A DNA stretch of 64,000 bases from a virus. The stretch is from IMG/VR virus record IMGVR_UViG_3300044742_000375. One strand, written 5' to 3'. A program made the position numbers and the translations under genes. The number at the start of each line of letters is the position of its first letter. Position 1 is the first letter of the stretch. The notes under the pieces are model-generated. The model was not told the DNA's origin. It did not search any database and worked only from the letters and a program-made list of their open reading frames with translations. Shown here piece after piece: positions 35,901 through 42,533 of the stretch.

Positions 35901-36125
35901 TCCGGGAGCCCTGGTGAAATCCTGCGTGCCTGGAACCTTGCTGGCCCCGGTTCCAGCCAGACGTTTTTTCTCGTCTTCCTCGCGCGCCAGCCGACGCTGC
36001 TCGTCATACTCGTCCAGCTTCACCTGACGACGCACACCCTGGTATTCTTTGTACAGACTGAAGATACTCTGCGCGCCGCTGAACAACCCGCCAGCGAACG
36101 ATCCCAGATAAATCCCACCAGCCAT
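32910..36125 (-). CDS. internal virion/ejection protein with lytic transglycosylase (SLT) domain and about 430-aa Pro-rich region
   Basis: track ORF; SLT motifs IGRENAG (Glu about 34485-34487), GLVQII, YRGG at about 34236-34583; N-terminal hydrophobic segment. Confidence 0.85.
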   Translation of the reverse strand: MAGGIYLGSFAGGLFSGAQSIFSLYKEYQGVRRQVKLDEYDEQRRLAREEDEKKRLAGTGASKVPGTQDFTRAPGTTALPAPTPAPTPTAAPEAKPDILTRPPEPAYPPAPLTEGDIAPSFRGQNRSAAGTENDPWITGGGYPRTPMVGGVPRALYPWDPYNPVGTQTLHPQETSQADVDRALAEHQARRAMARDPAYGPTQPQPTGPAQMPDRAALGYARQFNAPSPGVQSDVDAHGAVPDPTRTPPWPMTPTNRPVGATVGAGGGPSAITNQPVGASLQPVPAPPSVMAPTNEPIPSRQPGGPYTPPPQQDPRVPSYTMPQPAVPPADVAQPYQPPPPVMAPGTEPIPSRQPGGFISPPQQQDPRGLPPPQPYSPAQATPPTSVPPPAPSPATPMGGASSLGGRILSMINPMGSAQAAEITPARPVGQGDPNAPAPTPTQSAYGQPPAPAPAQPTGITPAQPPTVDKNPPTHPPPAPVAVAGTGGKVLQSEGTPPALAPPVDMSHYNNTKTRYPERLAMVERAIAAEGAQGIVSPEFMLATIGRENAGWNNAISHGTSAAGYTSSAKGLVQIIDGTRRSIDPRGELDWRDPEQNIRLGVRLYKTQALDQGLGSDTLQNAMVYRGGYDFLNGVAKHGFDGYAAQGPEQKSQVVDMMKMFPGSKLADIPITAVSGNHKNYDAVALYQRAQAEGPDGLLRGLVETGPAGLGMSDRWRAAQSALESYLIISGHPEQAGMAGEWVAQMSQQGTVSNLIAADQAIMSKDPQTAIGYLAKAHAFFPDGTYARFGADNKGNIWAYRLSDRNGTPVGQPFQVTHEDIAKQIIGLQNPVTYVKTLQAHQKENAKMELDRAHTEYYKQLPGIKEEQVRAGIEKEHLRQQGIRERTEQAERHQQETAALRAERNTALEADVEKAYPPSERPKDAPEGEYERAADIYRQIRKVPSQGGGDMSQASAKMYADGLAAGKYDLALMATQPGKPPVYAVRDKQGKNVGTAPLSYEQGELIKPLLGLAGSAPLQGAPNVAPPVPSPAPALTPAKPPPPMNTNAPSVPLTDPMGNMSALPRQGLSRAA

Positions 36126-36863
36126 CTACGTTATCCCCGCTTCGTGACGGAGCAGGGCCAGCGACGGGGCGACGGCGTCTATGACCACCTGCAACCGCGC
36201 GTCGTACTCGGCCCATATTTCCGGATGATACTTCTTCAGGTAGGCGGCGCGCCCCTCGCCCCACCACGCCGAGCATCGCGCGCACTCGGGCGAGTTCGTT
36301 ACATAATCATAGACCCTGGGGAGCGGGACGTTCCGCTCCCTCAGATAGGCGAACACCCGGTCGTGCGACCAGTTCAGCAACGGATACCATAGCTCGACGC
36401 CATCGGCGACCGCGCCGTCCTCGGCTGGCAGCCTGGGCATGTCCACCCGCTTGGTGCCGCGTATGAGCAGGGTGTTCTTGTCGTCGTACACGCGCTTGAA
36501 GAGCGGCCACATCAGGTTCGCGTAACAGCAATCGTATCGCCCGACCAAACGAGCGGTAGCCTGTCCGAGATGATGTCCAACGACATGACTATGAAAAGGG
36601 AGCAGGTCCGTCGGCAACCCGTTGGCTTCAATCCATTTGGAAACATCCGTCTCAACACGAACGAAGTGAGGCGCGAACGCCTCCACGCGCGCCACGCTTT
36701 CGCGCATCTCGGGCAGCAGGTCACCTGTGTCCAGGTGGTAGATCGTGATCCCGTCGAGATACTCCCGTAGTAACTCCACGACCGCCATGGAGTCCTTGCC
36801 CCCCGAGAACGAGAGCGCCCGCTTGCCGGGCGCGTGCCTCAACAGGGGCGCGAGGTCGATCAC
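36126..36863 (-). CDS. PAPS-reductase-like PP-loop ATPase
   Basis: track ORF 36126-36881; SFSGGKDS PP-loop; preferred start GTG 36863 (GTGA overlap with upstream stop), alternative GTG 36881. Confidence 0.8.
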   Translation of the reverse strand: MIDLAPLLRHAPGKRALSFSGGKDSMAVVELLREYLDGITIYHLDTGDLLPEMRESVARVEAFAPHFVRVETDVSKWIEANGLPTDLLPFHSHVVGHHLGQATARLVGRYDCCYANLMWPLFKRVYDDKNTLLIRGTKRVDMPRLPAEDGAVADGVELWYPLLNWSHDRVFAYLRERNVPLPRVYDYVTNSPECARCSAWWGEGRAAYLKKYHPEIWAEYDARLQVVIDAVAPSLALLRHEAGIT

Positions 36864-37519
36864 CGCCTCACCGCTTTCCACAGGATCGGACGCAGCCCCT
36901 TGAAGATCAGGTTGTACAGATGCTGGTTGGGCATCAGGGAGCGGAACACCGCGTCGCTGCCTCGGGGCAACACGAACGACTCCAGGTCCCAGTCGCCCGC
37001 GCGCGCCACCGCGCGGAGCATGTCGAAGGGGATGAACCGGGCGTTCAGATGCTGGTGCGCCAGCGCGTCGTCCCCATCGAAACGAACGTAGTCGTAGACG
37101 AACAGCTTGCCGCCGGGCCGCACCACGCGCGCCGCCTCGCGCAGCGCGACGACGAAATCATCCGCGTGGCACAGCGAGTACAGGAACATCGCCCCGTCGA
37201 ACTCGCCAGGATCGAACGGCATGTCGTGCATGTCGCAGCAGAACGTCGGCATGTCGGGAGGGCACTTGGACAGCTGAAACGTATTGTTGTTCACCAGCCA
37301 GAACATCAGGTCGGGGCGTAGCTCCTTCATGAGCTTGGCCGGTTCGCCGAAGCCGCAACCGAGATCCACCCATTTGGTGCCACGGCCAGGAGCCATGAAC
37401 GCGAGCAACGCCGCGACGTGCCCCTGGTCGGTGTCCTCCAGGCGGAACCCCTGCAGCACGCGCAGACCCTTTTTCAGCGCGATCTCGGAAGCGGTGGTGA
37501 GCTTGTCCTGGTCGGTCAT
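36860..37519 (-). CDS. class I SAM-dependent methyltransferase
   Basis: C-terminal 219 aa of track ORF 36860-37693; ATGA overlap at 37516-37519; motif I VDLGCGFGEP, VVRPGGKLFVYDY; no DPPY/NPPY DNA-MTase motif. Confidence 0.8.
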   Translation of the reverse strand: MTDQDKLTTASEIALKKGLRVLQGFRLEDTDQGHVAALLAFMAPGRGTKWVDLGCGFGEPAKLMKELRPDLMFWLVNNNTFQLSKCPPDMPTFCCDMHDMPFDPGEFDGAMFLYSLCHADDFVVALREAARVVRPGGKLFVYDYVRFDGDDALAHQHLNARFIPFDMLRAVARAGDWDLESFVLPRGSDAVFRSLMPNQHLYNLIFKGLRPILWKAVRR

Positions 37520-38385
37520 ACCGCGATGGCCATCACGCCGATGCCAGCCGCCGCGCCGACCATGCTGCCGATACCCGAGGAGGTGTTCTGCGCGATGGCC
37601 GCGTTGGCGTTGAACCCGGCCATCTGGTTTTGATAGCCCGCGTTCGTCGCGCTGATACCCGTGGCCTGCGAGGCGTTGGCGGCGCTCGCCCACTGCGTCG
37701 GGTTGCCCATCATGGAGCCATAGACGTTCGATGTGTTGATCCCGGCGTTGATGCCCGCCCCGCCTTGCCCGGCGGCTCCGGTGCCAGCCCCCACGGACCC
37801 GCCATATTCGGTGGTGACCTGACCAGGGTAGCCTCTGCCCACGTTGACCGCCGCCGTCTCCAGCCCGCGCCCCACCGCTTCGGTCTGCAGCCTGGACTGG
37901 GTGCCCGCGCTGGCCTGCGCCGCCGCCTGGGAGATGCGCGCGCCCAGGTCCAACGCGCCGTAGCGGGTTTGGCTGGGGTCTATGTTGTACCCCTCCAGGG
38001 TCTGTAGCGCGGCGTTGCGCTGGCCCGAGAACGCCGCCGACACGTCGCCTTGCGCCATCGCCGATTGCTGCGCCGCGCGTTGGGGCGAAGCGTAAGCTTG
38101 CGCTTCGGACGCCAGCCGGGCCTCGATGGGCTGATAAGTGCTTTCGTAGAAACCTTGCGCCTTGCGCGCGTTGGCCAGCTGTTCGTCCTGCGCGGCCCTG
38201 GACTGATCGGACGCCAAAAGCATCTTATCCATGAACGCCTTGGTCTGCGGCGCCTGATCGGCGTATTGTTGCTTGGCCCAGTCCAGTTGTTCCCTGGAGA
38301 CCTCTCCTTGTATCCTCGCCGCTTCAGAGGACGACTGCGCTATCGGCGAATAATCCGGAGCCTGCGGCGCGCTACCCTTGGCCAT
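37516..38385 (-). CDS. putative internal virion protein (289 aa, Gln/Ala/Gly-rich, C-terminal hydrophobic segment)
   Basis: track ORF; TAATG overlap upstream; composition and position only. Confidence 0.6.
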   Translation of the reverse strand: MAKGSAPQAPDYSPIAQSSSEAARIQGEVSREQLDWAKQQYADQAPQTKAFMDKMLLASDQSRAAQDEQLANARKAQGFYESTYQPIEARLASEAQAYASPQRAAQQSAMAQGDVSAAFSGQRNAALQTLEGYNIDPSQTRYGALDLGARISQAAAQASAGTQSRLQTEAVGRGLETAAVNVGRGYPGQVTTEYGGSVGAGTGAAGQGGAGINAGINTSNVYGSMMGNPTQWASAANASQATGISATNAGYQNQMAGFNANAAIAQNTSSGIGSMVGAAAGIGVMAIAV

Positions 38386-38843
38386 TACACATGCTCCGGT
38401 GTGTTACTGCGATAGTGTTTCGGTGTCAGGGCCAACCATTTGCACTGGGATCGCTCCATGGTCAGCACGATCAGGTCGGAACCGTCCGAATAGGTGTCGG
38501 TGATGCGCGCGGCGGGGACGAACCCCAGACGTACATTCACCGCCATGGCCCTCGCGTTGGCTGAACTGACGAGACCGATGACTTTCCGGCAACCCAGTTG
38601 GACGAACGCGTAATGGAACACCATCCACAGGAAGTCCCGTGTCGCCCAGTTATCCTCCGATCCGGCCATGTGCACCGTGATCGACGCGCCCAGGTAACCC
38701 GTGAACACCACGCCCCCGGCGATCTTGCCGTCACGATGCAACGCCACGGTGTGATCGGTCTTCTCGTTGAACACGCCGCCCACGCGCAGCATGATCCAGT
38801 CGCCGTCGCCGGGGTGGTTCACGCGGACTTCGCGGTGGCTCAT
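38385..38843 (-). CDS. GNAT-family N-acetyltransferase
   Basis: track ORF; VQLGCRKVIGLVSSANARAMAVNVRLGFV resembles GNAT motifs A/B; ATGA overlap upstream. Confidence 0.65.
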   Translation of the reverse strand: MSHREVRVNHPGDGDWIMLRVGGVFNEKTDHTVALHRDGKIAGGVVFTGYLGASITVHMAGSEDNWATRDFLWMVFHYAFVQLGCRKVIGLVSSANARAMAVNVRLGFVPAARITDTYSDGSDLIVLTMERSQCKWLALTPKHYRSNTPEHV

Positions 38844-39043
38844 CTGAGTTTGGCCTGGATATCAGCCGCGCTGACCAAACCCAGATCGACCAAATCCCGC
38901 AACGTGACCGCCCGGTCGAGTGTCCCGCCACGGAACCCGGCCAGCGACTCGACGCCCTGACGCAGCTGCATGACGACCGACACGAGCGCGTTGACGTCGG
39001 CCTGGGGTGACGAGATGGCCGGGATGTTGGGGTTCTTAGACAC
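38840..39043 (-). CDS. hypothetical virion-module protein (67 aa)
   Basis: track ORF; overlaps both neighbours. Confidence 0.55.
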   Translation of the reverse strand: MSKNPNIPAISSPQADVNALVSVVMQLRQGVESLAGFRGGTLDRAVTLRDLVDLGLVSAADIQAKLR

Positions 39044-41249
39044 CTTTCAACTCCCTCATCGTCGATGCGAGTTCGACACTGTGAACGGCCACGCGCGCGA
39101 TGATCTCGAATTGCCAGTTGAACGCTTTACGACCGGACGGCAGGCGGAAGATACACCTGGGTTGCTGCAGCCACTCCTCGTGAACCAGTTGCTGAGACGG
39201 CCCCGCGAATATCCGGAAGATGGCGTTCACGCCGTTAGGCAGGTTCAGGGTGCTCATGCCGTCGGTGGGCGGCGGGATCGCGTCCTTGGGCTTGGGGAGG
39301 CTCACGTCGGGATCGAGCGATATCTGGCACGCGCCCAGTGATACGGGAGCGGGGAAGTAGAATTCCCGCGACCGCCACCGGTATGTCAGGACCGGCGTCT
39401 CCATGCTGTCCCAGCGGTAGACCGTCTGGTCGCCCACCATGTAGGTGTCGCCCGTGTAGACGTCGTTCCACACGCTCACGATGCCGACGAAGGGGCTCAG
39501 CGAGCAGATACCCAGACGCTGTTCCGTGTAGTCGATGACGAAACCCATGCCAGTGCCGTTGACCGCGAGGTATTGCGCGCGGTGCCGGGCGGCGACGAGG
39601 CTGTCGCCATGGAATCGTTTCAGCCAGATCTCACGGGTGAGGTTGCTCAGGGTCTGGTTCTGCGCGCCGTAGTAATTGATCGCCACCAGACCGTTGGGCG
39701 AGGAGTAGTAAATCCCCGCCAGATCGGTGACCAGCGAACCACGCGAGATGCACGGCTCGGCGGTCTGGATCTGCGCGAAGGTGAACTGATCGGGGCGGTT
39801 ACCCACCCCGGCGCTGGGGAACCCGGACGTGAGCACGATGAGTTGCTGCTGCCACACGCCCATGGCGACGATCTGGTAAAGCAGGCTCTGATCGTAACCG
39901 GCGGGCCACGCGTTGGGCCGGTTGGGCTCGCAGAAATGCACGGTGTTCTCGGTGAACGCCACCATCATCCCACCGGCCATGGACAACAACCCGTCCAATC
40001 CGTCGACGGGGGGAGCGAAACTCACGCTCTGCAGGATGTTGTTGTTCACGACCGTCGTATTGGGGATGCGGTCGTCGTAGCTGGTCGTGCCGAAGGGCAG
40101 GTCCACCACGAAGTAGAACTGCGCCCCCGCCGTGGCGGCGACCAGCGTGCGATACAGGCGTGTCTTCACGGGCGGCGGGTAGTATCTGCCCGTCGGCGCG
40201 ACGGGCGCGGTCCTGGGCAGGTTGGTGACATGCCACACGCCGTTACTCGGACCAGCGACGACCAGGGACGGCGCGGACGGAGAACTCTCGGTGCCGTACT
40301 GGTCTATGAACGTGTAGCAGTAGGACCGTTCCTCCAGGGGCGGCGCGCCGGTACTCTGCCACGTCACGTCGAGCAAACAGAGTTGCCCCGGCCCACCACC
40401 GACGACCCGGGTTTGCACGGGGTTCGGCGGCAACACGGTATAAGACCCCGCGTTGACCATCGCTACGTCCCGTACGCCCATGGTCAAGGTGATGGCGGCG
40501 CCCGTGAGTCCGCCTCCCGCCACCGGCTCGATATCGACGTTGGTGGGGTTCGTCGTGTAGGCGCCGGGATCGGCTATGCCATCCACCGAGTACAGTGTCC
40601 CGCTGGATATGATGCCCCGCACCTGGGTCAGCACGCCGACCCCCGTCGTGCCGGTAAGCGTCACCGGCCCGTCGGTGCCTCCCGTCCCCGCCGTGCCGAA
40701 ATGACTGCGGGCGCTGATCGCGAACGTATGCGCGATGCTGACGACCATCGGCTGACCGCCCTCGGCGAGCGTCCCGCCAAAAACAGACAGTTGCTGCCCC
40801 GGTATGTATCCGGTGCCCGCGTCGACGATGGTCGCTCCATACCCGGTCATCGCCGGAAGGGTCCCACCCGATACCGTGACCACGGGCGCGGCCCCGGCTG
40901 ACGAGTCGGGCGGTAGGAACCCCATGCTCCAATGCGCGTCGGTTCCCGAGTTACCGGCTTTAATACGGTCGTAAGTATTCCACCACGCGCCCGCGTCCGG
41001 CGAACCGGGCGGGTTGGTCCAGAAGATCCGGTGCAGTGTGTCATTGGCCAAAGGCGACACGCACACCGAGGAGAATTCGCTCGGCAGGGGTAGCCACACA
41101 TCCGGATCGCCCGACTCGGGACCGGGTATCCGATAGGCTTTGCGTACCGGCCAGGGCGCCATCCCGGCCAGGTTGATGATCGGCTCGGGTTGGGGGAGCC
41201 CGTCCAACGGACCATGCGCCAGGTCGGTGTTGGTCGCGCGCGTGGCCAT
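39036..41249 (-). CDS. large tail protein (737 aa), possibly nozzle/tail-tube type
   Basis: track ORF; size and position in a podovirus-like module; no SD seen at 41249, start uncertain; function is inference. Confidence 0.6.
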   Translation of the reverse strand: MATRATNTDLAHGPLDGLPQPEPIINLAGMAPWPVRKAYRIPGPESGDPDVWLPLPSEFSSVCVSPLANDTLHRIFWTNPPGSPDAGAWWNTYDRIKAGNSGTDAHWSMGFLPPDSSAGAAPVVTVSGGTLPAMTGYGATIVDAGTGYIPGQQLSVFGGTLAEGGQPMVVSIAHTFAISARSHFGTAGTGGTDGPVTLTGTTGVGVLTQVRGIISSGTLYSVDGIADPGAYTTNPTNVDIEPVAGGGLTGAAITLTMGVRDVAMVNAGSYTVLPPNPVQTRVVGGGPGQLCLLDVTWQSTGAPPLEERSYCYTFIDQYGTESSPSAPSLVVAGPSNGVWHVTNLPRTAPVAPTGRYYPPPVKTRLYRTLVAATAGAQFYFVVDLPFGTTSYDDRIPNTTVVNNNILQSVSFAPPVDGLDGLLSMAGGMMVAFTENTVHFCEPNRPNAWPAGYDQSLLYQIVAMGVWQQQLIVLTSGFPSAGVGNRPDQFTFAQIQTAEPCISRGSLVTDLAGIYYSSPNGLVAINYYGAQNQTLSNLTREIWLKRFHGDSLVAARHRAQYLAVNGTGMGFVIDYTEQRLGICSLSPFVGIVSVWNDVYTGDTYMVGDQTVYRWDSMETPVLTYRWRSREFYFPAPVSLGACQISLDPDVSLPKPKDAIPPPTDGMSTLNLPNGVNAIFRIFAGPSQQLVHEEWLQQPRCIFRLPSGRKAFNWQFEIIARVAVHSVELASTMRELKGV

Positions 41250-41314
41250 GTTGTCGGGTAGGAGCCGGGGCTCCCGCCGAGGTATCTCGCCGCCGAAATC
41301 CTTTACCGCGAACG

Positions 41315-41482
41315 CTACGATTTTCGTTTACTCCCACCTCGCCGGGCCGCGCTAAGAGCGATGGCTATCGCCTGCTTCTTGTCCTTCACGACGGGTCCGC
41401 CCTTACCGGAGTGCAGACGCCCATGCGCGAATTCATGAAACGCCTGCTTCTTCTTGTCCTCGGGCGTGCCTTTGAGCGGCAC
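41315..41482 (-). CDS. small basic protein (55 aa) resembling bacterial DUF6496-type proteins
   Basis: below cutoff; GTG directly after upstream stop; MPLKGTPEDKKKQAFHEFAHGRLHSGKGGPVVKDKKQAIAIALSAARRGG; family assignment from memory. Confidence 0.45.
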   Translation of the reverse strand: MPLKGTPEDKKKQAFHEFAHGRLHSGKGGPVVKDKKQAIAIALSAARRGGSKRKS

Positions 41483-41812
41483 CTACTTCACCCACACCCA
41501 CGCGGTGCCGACGTACTGCATGGTGACCTTGGTGTTGGCCACCAACGCCGTCGGCGCGCCCGCCACGGCACCGCCCGTGGCCGTCTGCAGCGTCAGCGCG
41601 GTCACCGCCGCCGTGGACACGATGGACGCCTGTTCGCCCGCTGATGGGCTGGGCGGCAGCCTTACCGTCAACGTGGCGAGCGTGCCCGCCGGGGTGAGGA
41701 ACAGGCTGGGCCCCGACATGGAGACGGTCGCTCCCGCGACCGGCGCGCCCGTCTGTGGCGCCAGATTGGAGTCGGGAAAGAACGATCCGTTATTGAACAG
41801 GAAGCTGGGCAT
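41483..41812 (-). CDS. hypothetical virion-module protein (109 aa)
   Basis: track ORF. Confidence 0.55.
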   Translation of the reverse strand: MPSFLFNNGSFFPDSNLAPQTGAPVAGATVSMSGPSLFLTPAGTLATLTVRLPPSPSAGEQASIVSTAAVTALTLQTATGGAVAGAPTALVANTKVTMQYVGTAWVWVK

Positions 41813-41825
41813 GGCGTTTATCCTT

Positions 41826-42032
41826 TCAGCGGACTTTACCAGGGAAGCCGGTGGCCAACCCCTTGGGTGACTTCTTCGCCAGGGCTTTCTTCATCGAACT
41901 CGGCTGGCCCGACGACGTGGGACCGGCGAAGGGTTGCTGGGCGAAACTGTGCCCCGGCCCACCCGCCACGCCATGCGTGGGCGAGCTTCCTTTCGAACTT
42001 GGATTGACGTTCTTCGGTCCGGTTTTAGACAT
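41826..42032 (-). CDS. hypothetical Gly/Ser/Pro/Lys-rich protein (68 aa)
   Basis: track ORF; AGGAG 8 nt upstream. Confidence 0.5.
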   Translation of the reverse strand: MSKTGPKNVNPSSKGSSPTHGVAGGPGHSFAQQPFAGPTSSGQPSSMKKALAKKSPKGLATGFPGKVR

Positions 42033-42060
42033 GCTGCTCTCCTGTTACTCTCACGTTTTC

Positions 42061-42513
42061 CTAAGCGGTCGAGGAGTCGGTTACGAGGCCGTAACTGGCC
42101 AGCGCGGTCAACAAGGACGCCAGCGCGGCGTTACCGCCCCTTGATCCTGCCACGGTTGGTTTCGCCGGGGGTGGAAAGCTGTTGAAGCCGACATTGCAGG
42201 TGAACCTCAATCCGGCACCGACAACGCCAATCGTGGCCGGGCTAGAGAATGACGAACCAGCGGTGAGGGCTATCGGACTGCTGGTGCCAACCGGTCCGAT
42301 ATTCACCTGGCCCAGGAACGTCATGCCGCCAGTGCCGCTCTGAGCGAACTCGATGGTGTTCGCCGCCGCCGCGCCAGGCGTGATCGTCAGCGCGTTACCT
42401 GGTGCCGCGCCAATGGTCAGCGGTCCGGTTAGCGTGCCACCGGTAGTCGGCAACGAACCGAAGGTCGCGCCTTTCTCTAAAAAACTGGTACCGGATACCG
42501 CGAAAGTAGGCAT
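42061..42513 (-). CDS. small fibre-like protein (150 aa)
   Basis: track ORF; GGGAG upstream; LPTTGGTLTGPLTI fibre-type motif. Confidence 0.6.
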   Translation of the reverse strand: MPTFAVSGTSFLEKGATFGSLPTTGGTLTGPLTIGAAPGNALTITPGAAAANTIEFAQSGTGGMTFLGQVNIGPVGTSSPIALTAGSSFSSPATIGVVGAGLRFTCNVGFNSFPPPAKPTVAGSRGGNAALASLLTALASYGLVTDSSTA

Positions 42514-42533
42514 TTACGTGCTCCCGATCTTGC

